Of a stretch of DNA of 64,000 nt, positions 21,601-32,714 are shown piece by piece (position 1 is the first letter of the stretch; each line of letters starts with the position of its first letter). The stretch is from positions 2,108,001-2,172,000 of the forward strand of contig JABVCE010000002.1 in NCBI GenBank assembly GCA_014905635.1, written 5' to 3'. Under the pieces are notes generated by a model. It had not been told where the DNA came from. It worked only from the letters and a program-made list of their open reading frames with translations, and made no database searches. The stretch is from Scenedesmus sp. PABB004. Taxonomy: Eukaryota. A program made the translations under genes and the position numbers.

Positions 21601-22286
21601 ATGGCCCCCGCTGCACTGATGCTCATGCGCGCCGCCGCGTCGCGCGCGCTGCTGCCGGCTGGCGCGGCGGCGGCGCCGCTGCTGCTCGCGCGCCGGGCGC
21701 TGGCCGCGGGCGCCAGCGGTGGGGACGGGCCCCGGCGCGGGCGCACGGCGGGCGAGGCGGGCGACGCCGCCGCCGACGCGCTCGCGACCGCCGCGGGCGA
21801 CGCCGGCGCGGGCGCGCGTGCCGGCGCGCGCGCCAAGGAGACCGCCGCGGCCGCCGGCTTCCAGCCGAGCCCCGACGCCAGCCCGAGCCGCCCTGTGGCG
21901 GCGGAGGGCGGCGGCCCGGGCGCGGGCGCCATGGCGGACGTCTCAGAGGTGGTCGGCGCCACGTTTGCCGGCGACGCGGGCCGCGCGCGCCGCGCGGCGG
22001 CCGACCTGGCGAGCGACGGCAAGTCCGGCGGCGAGCAGGGCGGCAGCCGGGCCCGCCCGGCGGCCGACGAGGACGAGGGTGCGGCGGGCGGGGCGCCTGC
22101 CGGCGCACGGCGCAGCCGCGCAGCGGCGCGCGCGACGCTTCGCCGCTGCCGCGGCCGCCCGCCGTAGGGCCCGACCCCCGCGCCCCGCCGGCCTCGCCGC
22201 CGCCCGTGGAGCCGGCAGAGAGCGTGGCGGACAGCGTCGCGGCCGGGCCGACCGGGGCGCGCGCCGGCGACGACAGCGCGCTGTGA
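21601..22286 (+). CDS. Small hypothetical protein, paralog A (2 exons; possible organellar transit peptide)
   Basis: GCC-ATG start MAPAALMLMRAAASRALL; AMADVSEVVGATFAG; last exon GPDPRAPPASPPPVEPAESVADSVAAGP...AL*, conserved with the neighbour. Confidence 0.6.
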
Positions 22287-22415
22287 CGGGCGCGGGGCGT
22301 AGCGGGCTCGTGTTGCAACACCGCCGATGGCCGCGCCGCCCGGCTCGCGCCGCCGCACCCGCGCGCACGTAGCAACGCCAGACGCGCTCGCCCATCAGCA
22401 GGAGCGGCCCCCACG

Positions 22416-23380
22416 ATGCTGTGCGGGATCGGCGCGCTGCTGCGCCCGCCGCCGCGCGCGCGCGGCGGCGGCAGCGCTCGCAGGTGCGCCCCCGGGGCGC
22501 GCCACTGCTCCTCGCAGACCTCCGCCCCTCCCCGCCCACGCGCGCGCCGCCGCCGCCGCCGCGCAGGCCGCCGCTGCTGCGCGGGCAACGCCGCCGGCCC
22601 TGGCCCCGACGCGCCGCACGGCGGCGGCGGCGGCGACGGGCTCGCCGAGCGCGCAGCGGCGGTGGCGGAGCGCGCGGTGGCGGCGGTGGTGGAGCGCGCG
22701 GGCATCGAGGGCCGCGCGCGCGGCGCGGGGTGGACGCCTGGCGCCGCCGGCGCGGAGCCGGCCGGCAGCGGCGCGCCCGCGGCGGGCGGGCCGGGGACCG
22801 CGGCCATGGCTGACGTGGTCAACATCGTCGCCGGCGTGTTCTCGGGGCGCCCCGCGCAGGTGCGGCGCGCGCTGGCGGACCTCACGGCCGGCGGCGGAGC
22901 AGGTGGGTGCCGCGGCGGCTGCGTCTGGCGCGCGCAGGCCTGGGATCCTCACGCCGGGCAGCACTCCAGCGGCTCGCTTGCACGTGCACGCCCGCGCCAC
23001 CGCCGGCCACCGCCGCCCCCAGGCCCGCGCCGTGGCGCGGCGCCGCGCACGCCCAGCCAGGCGTGGCCGCGGGGCTCCCTCGCGCCTGTGGGCTGCACGG
23101 ACGAGGACGCGGCCACGGGCGTGACGGTGCTGCGCATGCGCTTCGAGGGTGCGTGCCCACAGCAGAGAACCCCCGGCCCCTGCGCAGGGGCGCGCACGAG
23201 GCAGCCGACCGACGCCGCAGCCAGCGGGCTGCACCGCCGCTGCCGCCCGCCGCAGGGCCCGACCTCGGCGCCCCGCCGGTGTCGCCGCCGCCCGTGGAGC
23301 CAGCGGAGGGGGTGGCGGACAGCGTGGCAGCAGGGCCGGCCGCCCCCGGCGCGCGCGGCGGCGACGAGCGCGCGCTGTGA
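22416..23380 (+). CDS. Small hypothetical protein, paralog B (multi-exon)
   Basis: AMADVVNIVAGVFSG; last exon GPDLGAPPVSPPPVEPAEGVADSVAAGP...AL*, with the same acceptor position and stop as paralog A. Confidence 0.55.
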
Positions 23381-23487
23381 GCGATGCGAGCGCCGGCAGG
23401 GGTGCGACGATGCTGCTTGCGTGCGCGTGGCGGGGCGGACGTTGCAACTCGCAACCGTTACTCGCGCCACGCCGCCAGCGCGGCCGG

Positions 23488-26400
23488 TCAGGCCGCCGCC
23501 ACGGGCTCGCGTGTCTGCGGCGCCGCCGCCACCGCCGCGCGGCGGCGCACGCGCAGCTGCGCGCGCGAGCGCAGCTGCGTGACAAACGCGACGTCGAAGC
23601 TCAGCTCGGCCGGGGACTCGAGCTCGAGCTCGTAGCCGCGAGCGATCAGGGCGAGCAGCGTGACAGCCTCGGTCATGTAGAGGGACAGGCCGAGGCAGAT
23701 GTGCGGCCCCGCGCTGAAGGTCAGCAGCCCGCTCGGCCGCGCGGGCGGTTCGCCGCCGCCGGCGCCGGCCGCGGCCGCGGCGGCGGCGCCGGTCAGCCAG
23801 CGCTCCGGGCGGAAGTCCCGCGCGAGGCTCTCCGCGTTGAGCGCGTACCTGCGGCGCGGGGAGGGAGGGGCGCAGCGGCGCGTCGGTGAGCGACGCGGCG
23901 CCGCGCGCCGCGCGCGCTGCCGCCGGGCGCGCACGCACCAGTCGGCGTCGGACAGCTCCGCCAGCGCCTCGGGCGTGAGCGACTGGGCCAGGCGCGGGTC
24001 GGTCAGCATCTGGCCGACCAACGCGCTGAAATACAGCACCGAGCCTGCCGGGACAAACGTGCCCAGCACCTGGCGGCGGCGGCGGCCGCGGCGCGGCGAG
24101 GCGCGGCGGGTGTCGCGGCCCTGCCCCGCGGCGCAGGCTGCAGACGCAGCCCGCCGGCCCTGCCGGCCCCAGCGCGGCGGCGGCGGCGGCGGCGGCGGCG
24201 GTGGCGCGGCCGCACCTCGAGGTCGACGCGCGTCTTGCGCATGATCTGCGTCGCCGGCGGCGCGACGCGCAGCGCCTCGCGCACGACCGCGCTGGCGTAG
24301 CTCATCGCCTCCACCGACGCGACGCTGAGCTCCGGGCCAAACTTGGCCACGACCTGCGCGCGCGCGCGCGCGTGGGTTGTTTGATTTGGCCGGGCGGGCA
24401 CGTGTTTGGTCGGCGCGGCGCGCACGCGCGCCGGCGGGTGTGGGCCGCGCCCGAAGGCTGGCGGCGGCGCGGGCGCCGCCGCGGCGGCGGCGGCGCCGCG
24501 CGCCTGCTCCTGCTCCGCGCGCAGCTGGCGCATGACGTCGGGGAACAGCGGCAGCAGCGCGAGCAGCGCGGTGATGCCGAGGCCGCTGGTGTCGTTGCCA
24601 GCGATGATGAGGCCGATGCCCGCCTCCGCCGTGGCCTGGTCGGTCAGCTCGCCGCCCTGGCGCCACAGGGCGGGGCGGGGCGGGGCGGGGCGGGGCGGGG
24701 CGGGGCGGGGCGGGGCGGGGCGGGGCGGGGCGGGGCGGGGCGGGGCGGGGCGGGGCGGGGCGGGGCGGGGCGGGCGGGGCGGGGCGGGGCGGGGCGGGCG
24801 GGCGGGGCGGGGCGGGCGGGGCGGGGCGGGGCGGGGCGGGGCGGGGCGGGGCGGGGCGGGGCGGGGCGGGGCGCCGGCCGTCGGCGCGCAGCGCGCGCTG
24901 GGGACGTCGGCGCGCGGCGCGCGGGACGGGGCGCCTGACAGCCGACGCCAGGACCCCCGGTGGCGCGCGCGGCGCGCACCCCGGCGAGCGTCTCGCGCCG
25001 CGCGGCCAGGTTGTACTGCAGCACGCTGCGGCTGCTCCCGCTGCTGCCGCCCGCGCCGCTGCCGCTCGCGCGCATCGCCTTGAGAATGTCCTGCTGCAGC
25101 TCCGCCTTGGCGCGCAGGCCGCGCGCAAACGTGGTGCCCGGCAGGTTGATCGGCGCGGCAAACATCCCCTGCGGGCGGCCGCGCGGGCGGTCGGGGGCGC
25201 GCCCGCTGGCTCGTCGGCGGCCGCCGCCAGGCCGGTCGCCCCCTCTCCCCGCTGCCCTGCCCCCCCCCCCCCCCTTCCCGCCCCACCTGGAAGAGCGCGT
25301 CAAACTTGGTCTTGAGCTCGGGCTTGGCGGCCTCGGGGATCTCAAAGTCGACCTGCCGGCGGCGCGGCGGCCGCATCAGGGCGTCAGGGCGAGCGCCGAG
25401 GGGCAGCGCCCTGCCAGCGGACGCTGGCAGGGCGCCCCGCACCAGGAGCTGGCTGGAGAACTCGAACGACAGCGCCTTGCCCTGCTCGCGCAGGTCTACC
25501 ACGCCGCCGCCGTCGACCCACGCGTCGAGCTGGCGCGTGACGATGCGCTCAATCTGCCAGCAGCGAGGCGCGGCGGCGGCAGGCGGCGGCCGCGGCGGCG
25601 GCAGGCGCGGCGTCAGCGCTGCAGGGCTGCCCGCGGCGGCGGCGCCCTTCCCGCGCGCACATCTTGTCCTGCCTGCCCCGCCGGCCCGCCCCGCCCCGCG
25701 CGGCGTGCGTGCGCCCCGCCCTGCCCGGCCGGCACGCACCTTGTCAAAGTAGCCGGCGAGCGCCTCGCGCGAAAAGCCGGGGCTCATCAGCTTGCGCGAC
25801 CGCTGGCGCGCGACGGGGTCCTCCAGGTTGGCCCGCGCGCCCTCACCGAGCATTGCGTAGAGCGCGGGCGGGTTCCAGCCGGCCATCACCTGCGACCGCA
25901 GCAGGCGCCGCCGGGCGCGCTGGGCGCCACGCCGCGGCGGCGCGCGCTCGAGCCCCGCGCCGCGCCGCTGCGCGGCGGTGCGCCGGGGCGGCGCCCGCGC
26001 GCCTTGCTGTCGCCGCTCTGCAGCAGGCTCTTGGTCGCGTCGTAGTCCATGACCGCTGTCAGCGTCTGCTGGCCGAGCTTGAAGTTGAACACGGGGCCGA
26101 AGCGGCGGAAGCGCTCCAGCAGGAACGCGCCGACGCCGCGGGCCGCGATGTCGCCGTAGTCGCCGAGCAGCGGGTTCCAGCACCAGGCGCCCGTCGCGCG
26201 CGGCAGGCCCGCGGCGTTGCCGCGCGGCAGCACGCGCCAGCCGGGGCCCGAGAGGCCCGCGAGGCCGGCGACCTCCGCCGCGCCCGCGGGCGGCGGCTCC
26301 GCGGCGGCGCCGCCGGCGAAGGGGCAGGCTGAGGCCGAGCTGGTGCTGGGCTCGGCGTCGTGCGAGGTGCTGGGCTCGCCGTCGTGCGACGCGGCGGCCC

Positions 26401-26551
26401 GCTCCGGCGCCGCCGCCGCACGCCCGCCGCTGCGCCGCGGCCGCGCCGCGGCCTGCTGGCGAGCCATGGGCGTGGTGGCGCTGCGCCCGGCGATGTGCCG
26501 GCGCTGCCCCCGGCCCGACACCGCGCCGGGCGCCGCGCGCGGGAGCAGCAT
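23488..26551 (-). CDS. Cytochrome P450 (multi-exon; possibly CYP85-clan-like; start could be 26467)
   Basis: ERFRRFGPVF, I-helix IIAGNDTS, K-helix REALR, FRPERW, heme motif FSAGPHICLG. Confidence 0.95.
24668..24870. repeat. (GGGGC)n pentanucleotide array of about 200 bp in a P450 intron
   Basis: About 40 copies, some GGGC variants. Confidence 0.95.
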
Positions 26552-27688
26552 CGTGAGGTCTGCTGCTCCTCGCCGCTGCGCTGGTGTACGGGGGAGCCGC
26601 AGCTGTGGCTGGTCCGTGGATGTGCGTGGGACGTGGGACGCTGGGCGGAGCGCGAGAGGCTGTGTATGCGCGAGCGTGGGGCGCGCGAGCTCGCGAGCTG
26701 CGAGCGTAATCTCCTCGTGTAGCGCGCGTGACGCTCGCAGCTCGCAGTGTCAGCTCCGGCAGCTCCCGGCCAGCTCCAGCGGAGCGGCTGGGCTCGGCGC
26801 GCTGTTGCGCCGCCGGTGAGCCCCAGCGCTGGACGCGCGCTGCCGGCCGCCGTCGACGCCGCTCAATGATTACTAGCCCAACCGTGCACAGTGGCGTGGC
26901 GTGATGGGATTTCTCGGGCCGCCGCCGGGGCTCCGGCGGCGAGCCCCCTGTTCAAAGGCAGTGTCGTTGCTGCGTGCGCTCGTGCGCAGCGGGTCGCGTG
27001 CAGAGTCGGTCGAAATGGATCAGCGGGGGCTGTGCGTGCGTGGTCAAACCGGGTCCGCAGTGCTCTCGGCGTGCCGTGCCCCCCATCCACACGTGTTCGA
27101 GCAGTGCTGTGGACTGAAGAGCCAGGGCCTGGGGCGCCCCGCACAGGCGAGCAACCCGGCCGCGTGCCGCCAGCGACCGCGCGCCAGCAATGATGGTTCG
27201 CCGCCCGAATCACCCAACCAGTCGTGCGCTGGCAGAGCACGCCAGCCTGGCGTGCCGCGCGCAGCAGCGCGCGGCAGCAATGACGTTCACCGCCGCCGCC
27301 GCAGCGGCTCCCCCGCCGCGCGTCTGCGGCGACCCCTCTGGCTCCCCCGCCCCGCGCTCTGGTGCGCACCGTCCCTGCCCCGCCCCCGCCCCCTCCCGCC
27401 CCCTCCCAGCTTGTCGGCTGCCCGCCAAGGGAACAAAACTCCACCCCCTGGGAGCGGGGGCCATGAGACGCCGCAGCCGTCGCCAGCAGTCAAGACCAGT
27501 GCTCGTGTGCCGTCCGGGGCCATGCAACTTGCACGTTGACCGACGGCCGCGCGGCGCAGCCGCCGAGCCGCCGCGCACGCGCGCCCGGCGGCAGCGGGCG
27601 CGCAGCGCGGGCGGCCAGGGCCTCGCCGCCATCGTTCAGCAGGGCCCACGCCGTTCAGGGGCCACGCCGTCGTTCAGCGCGGCCCGCC

Positions 27689-30600
27689 CTAGGGCCCGGC
27701 CGCCTTAGAGGTCTCGCAGAAGTAGGGCCCGCCCGCGGGGTTGGGGTCGCACGCCCCGCTCGCGCACTCGCCGCACTGCTCGTACCCGGCCTTCTTGGTC
27801 CTGCGAATGGGCGTCGAGCCCGGGGTCCAGAGCTTGGAGTCGGCGGCCGCGGCGGCGTCCACGCACATGTAGCGCTGGCCCTTCTTGCTCGTGTAGCTGT
27901 TGGTGCACACGGCAGAGTTGCCCCGGCTGCGCGGCGTCGCGCGGCGGCGGCATTGCGCGGCGGCGGCGTCGCGCGGCGGCAGCGTCGCGCGGCGCCCCGC
28001 GGGGCGGCGCGACGCCCCGGCCCCGTCCGCGGCGCGCGGCCCGCGGCGCGGCGCGCACCAGGTGTCGGCGACGTCGCACACCGACTTGCCCGCCGACGGG
28101 GCGCACTCAAAGCCCTGCGCGGCGCGGCGGCGGCGCGCGTCGGCGCGCAGCCCCGCCAGGCGTGCTGCGCAAGCCGCCTCGCGCGCTGGCTGACACTCTG
28201 ACCAACTGGCCTTGGGGCGGTACTGGTACTGGCAGGGCACGATGAGCGTCGTGGCCGCGGTGACCTGGACGGGCAGCCAGTCGCAGTAGCTCGTCTTGCT
28301 GATGGTGCAGGGTGCGTCCGGCTCGAGCAGCTTGCCGGTGCCCTCGTTCACGCACGCGGGCAGGCCGGTCGTGGGGCACTCGAGGTTTGCGCACAGCTTC
28401 TCCTGAGTGTCCGACGACGGCGCGCAGCTCGCCCCGCTGCCGTTGCTGCGCGGTCGCGTGAGCGCGCAGCGGCAGCACGCGGCGGGGGCGGGTGAGCGGG
28501 CGTGCGCTGCACGCTGCCGGCGCCGGCGACGCGCGGGGCCGGGCGCGCGGCGGCCGGCAGCGCGCGGCCGGCGCCGCCGCACCAGAAGGTGCACTCGTCG
28601 TTGTCGCTCCGCGCGCACACGGTGCCCCGGGTGCTGACGTTGTAGACGCACTTGACGTCAACATTCCCAAACTTGAAAAAGTCCCCGACCGCGCCGACGC
28701 CGACGCAGACCTTGCCGGTCGCGCGCGGGGGGCAGACCAGCGGGTTGCTCGCGAGCACGCCGCCCCTGGGGATGACGCACGCGGTGTCGTCGCTCTTGGG
28801 GAGGACCGTGGGGCACTTGAAGCCCGTGCAGACGTCAGAAACGTCCGGCGGGCACTCGAGGCCGTTGCCGGTGCACTGCGCGCGTGCGCGCACGCGGGCG
28901 GGCGGGCGCGGGCGGGCGGGCGTCAGCAGCGGACGCGTCGGCGGCGCGAGCGCCCGGAGCTGCGCGCTGCGGGCGGCTTTTGCTCACAAACTCCGGCGGG
29001 TCGCACGGGCCAGAAGAGTCACGGCAGCGCTTCGTAGAGGGCGCAAACGTCGCAAACTCGCAGGACGTTGCGCCGGGGTTGTCTGGGTCGGCCTTGCACG
29101 TGGCAGCCAGGCCGCAGCCGCCTGCAGGCGCAGCACGCGCGGCGTCAAGCGGGGCCGCCTGAGCGCGGCGCGGGCGGCAGCGCGGCAACACGGCCGCGCA
29201 GCAGCGCGGCGCGGCAGCGCGCGCACTGGGGTTCTCCGCCCTGCAGCTGTCGCCCACTTGCTTGAAAGTGGAGGCGGGGCAGTTGGGGTCCTTGATTTTG
29301 CATTTGGCGTCGTTCTCGCAGGGGTCCTCCGCCTTCTTGCAGACCGTGCCCGGGGCAAGCAGCGCCTTGGCAGGGCACGCGACGTTGATGCCGTCACACA
29401 GCTGCGGCGGCCCATGGCGGCGGCGGCGGGTGAGGCTGCGGGCGCGCGCGGCGCGGGCTGCACCCGGTCCGCGGCTCGCGCGGCGGGGGCGGCGCGGCTG
29501 TGCCACGTGCGGCTGTGGTTGCGCACCGCGTCGGTCTCGCAGCCGCCCGAGGTCTTGTTGCACACAAAGTCGTCGGCCTGGATGCCATACTGGCACAGGT
29601 TGGAGCCGGACGCGCTGAGCGTGCAATAAAAGCTCGCCTCGCAGTTCGGCTTGCCGTCGATCAGCTCCCCTGCGCGCCCGGGCGCGGCGGCGGCGGCGGG
29701 GTGCGTGCGTGCGGGGGTGCGGTCTCTCTGTCGCGGTCGGTCGGGCGGGCGGGCGCGGCGCGACGCGGCGCGGCGCGCGGCGCGGCCGCCGCACACGACG
29801 TCGGATCGACGCAGGGCGGCAGGCCCGTCTCGGGGCAGGAGTCCTGGTCGGGCGAGGTGAAGAAGCTGATCGTCGCGGTCGCGGGCTGGCTCGCGCCGAC
29901 GCAGTCCATCACGCGCAGCTCAAACACGTCCGTCCCCGCCGCGCCGGCGTTGGGCGTGTACAGGAGCGTGCCGTTGGGCGCGAGGCTGAGCACGCCCTTG
30001 CTCGGCTTCTTCGTGATGCCCCACTCAAGGTCGGGCAGCGACGGCGCGGGGTCGGCCGGGTTGCGGCCCCGGGTGGGGAAGGTGATGAAGGGCGCAACGT
30101 TCAGCGCGGTCGGCCCCGACGTGGCGACGTCGGTGAAGGACATACTGGCCAGCTTGGGCACGTAGGGGGCCGAGGCTGCGCCGGGTGCAGAGGGGGGAGG
30201 CGGGCGCGGTGCCCGGGCGCGGCGGTGAGCCGGGCGGCGCGGGGCGGTGCGCGGCCGCGCCGCTGCGCCCTGTCCGCGCCCGAGCGCTCACAGGAGGTGC
30301 GGTAGCTGTCGTAAGCCATGTCCAGCCAGTCACGCTGGCACTGGGAGAGCGTGACCATGCACTCGGGCTTGACGAGGTTCTGCAGGCGCGGGGCGCGGGG
30401 GAGCGGGCTCAGCGCCTGGCAGCGTCGGCGCGCTGGCGCGGAGACAGCGTGCAGCGAAGGGGCGCGGCAACGAGGGCGGGCGGCGGCGCACCATGATGTT
30501 GAACTGCGGGTCCAGCCCAGGGAAGATCCGGCAGGAGTCGCGCTCGTCGTTGGTGTCGCAGTCGGCGTCCAGCGCGTCGAGCGGCGCCACGTGCACCGGC

Positions 30601-31830
30601 GTGTCGCTGCACATGTCTGCGGCGCGGCGCCGCGGCGCGGACGGGCGGGGCTGGTCGCCACGGGCCGGGCAGCCCGCGCTGCGTGCTGCGCGCTGCGCCA
30701 GGCGCGTGGTGCGCGCGCTCTGCGCGCGCCGCGCGCGTGCCCCGCCGGGCCGGCCGCAACGCACCGCCCTTGTCTTCGGTGAATGTGTAGTCTGGCACGC
30801 CGCTGCCCGACACGGAGCAGTTGTTGTTGAAGCCGATCGTGGTCGACTGGAACGTGTGCAGGGCGCCGATCCAGTGGCCCACGTCGTGCGCGAGGCGCCC
30901 CGGCGCCGCGGTGCCGGGCGTGCCGATCCAGCTCGCGCCGGGGAGCACGTAGGCGCCGTCGACCGCCACGCCATCATCCGAGTCGCGGAAGTCGTTGTTC
31001 GGGCCGCCCGTTACGAACCACCACGGCCACGTGGAGCTGCAGTACTCGGGCGGCGCGGCCGTGCCGGCGCCCGCGAGGTTGAGCGGCTTTACAAAAAGGT
31101 TGAGCGTGCCCCGGTTGCCGCGCCGGTTCGTGGCGCGCCCCGTGCGGTCGGCTTCGTCCAGCGTCTGCGAGGTGTAGAAGGCGTTGTCCTGCGGGCGCGG
31201 CGGCGTGCGGGCGCGGGCGCCGCGGCGTGAGCCGCGGCGCGAGCCGCGAGCGCGCCGCGCGCGGGCGCGCCGCTGCTGCCGCCGCCGCCGCCGGCGCCGC
31301 GGCGCGCGCCGGGCCCGCACGTTGACGACGCGCAGGGAGCAGAGCTTGAAGCGGAACGCGGTGTTGCGCCCCTGCGTGGGGGGGTCGCCGCGGCTGAGCG
31401 CGCCGCTGTACGCGGCGTTGAGCGCCGCCAGCAGCTGCGTGACGTCGGCGGAGCGGTCGGTGGTCGCGTAGTAGCGTTCCTTGTCGATCGGCCCGGCGGG
31501 CTCCACGATCGTGACCGCGACCGGCACGGTGGTCGCGCCGTCCGGGTTCACCAACAGAAAATCGTCCTCGCTGAACGCGACGCCGGCGCCGGCGCCACCG
31601 CCGCCGCCCTTGATCGCGCGGGCCGACGCGATGCGCTGGGCGAGGTCTTTCATCACCCGGGCGCGCGCCGCGTCGTCCGCAAACGGCTCGGGCGTGCTGC
31701 AGCTCGGCGCCGGGCCGCTCGCGCCCACGAGCAGGTGGCGGTGGTGGCGGTGGTGGTGGTGGCCGTGGGCGTGCGCCGTCGCCGCGGCGGCGGCGAGCAG
31801 GCAGGCCACGGCGAGGAGCAGGCGCGGCAT
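27689..31830 (-). CDS. Secreted M43 (pappalysin/ulilysin-like) metalloprotease homolog with Ig/cadherin-like domain and disintegrin-like Cys-rich C-terminus (multi-exon)
   Basis: Signal MPRLLLAVACLLAAAAA; TVPVAVTIV; TLNLFV; DDGVAVD; LAHDVGHWIGALHTFQ; NIM Met-turn; ITKKPSKGVLSLAPNGTLLYTPNAGAAGTDVF; CRDSSGPCDPPE|CTGNGLECPPD. Confidence 0.8.
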
Positions 31831-32714
31831 CGCGGCGCCCCGCGCTCTGCGTGCGTGCGTCACCGGCAGCGGCGGCGGCGGCGGCGTGGGATGGCGCAAG
31901 CGCACGCGGCTTTGAGCGCGTCAGGCCACGCTCGAGATGCCGGAGCGGTGGCCGGCGCAGGCGTCCGGCCGCGGCGCTCTGAGAGGGGCGCCTGCCTGGC
32001 CTTCCGCGGCCCTTCAGCTGTGCGCCTGCGCGCCTCGCTGCCTCGGGAGGAGCACAACCAAGCATGCCGGCGCCCGGGGACACCGCGCGGCCGGCCCACC
32101 GAGGCCCCAGCAGCGCGAGACCCGCTGCTCACCGGTGTCTGCTCGGCGAAGGGACGACGGCTGGCCCGTCCGTGTCGTCCGTGAGTCTCGCAATGGCCCA
32201 CTGCGCCGATCTGAGCGGCCCGCAAGGCCCGCGCGCGCGCGGGGCGCGCCGGCGGCACAGTGCGCACGGGCTTTGCCGCGCCGAGAGCGCGCTGGGCTGT
32301 CCCGGAGCCTTCCGAGGACCAGCACGGCCGCACGGGGCCGTCTGTCCGGACGGACCAGCACGCCGCCGCTCGCGCCGCCACGCGGGTGACGCCGCTGCTG
32401 CTGCCGCCGGTGACGACCGCGCGGCTGAGCGTTGGCTGAGCGCCGGCTCTTTCTCGTGGTCCGGTGACGCCCGCCTGTCAGCTCGGCGGCCGGCGCGCGA
32501 CCGCTCCGCCGCCGACGGCAGCGTGTGCCGCGGAGCCCCAACCGCGCGCCGTGGTTGCATCGTGCGCCGCCCGCCCGCCCCGCCCCATCCACTCGTGCGT
32601 TCGAGCACCTCTCCGCCCGCGCACTGGCCGGCGACCGCAAGCAGCCACCCGCGACCGGCGGCGAGCAGCAGCAGAAACCGCTCGCCGCTGGGGCCGCCCC
32701 CGCCCCATCCCACC

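Noticed and set aside
26750..26780. CAGCTCC(C)GGC motif also at about 43320, upstream of genes
   Set aside because: Short GC-rich motif in two places; not distinguishable from chance without genome-wide statistics
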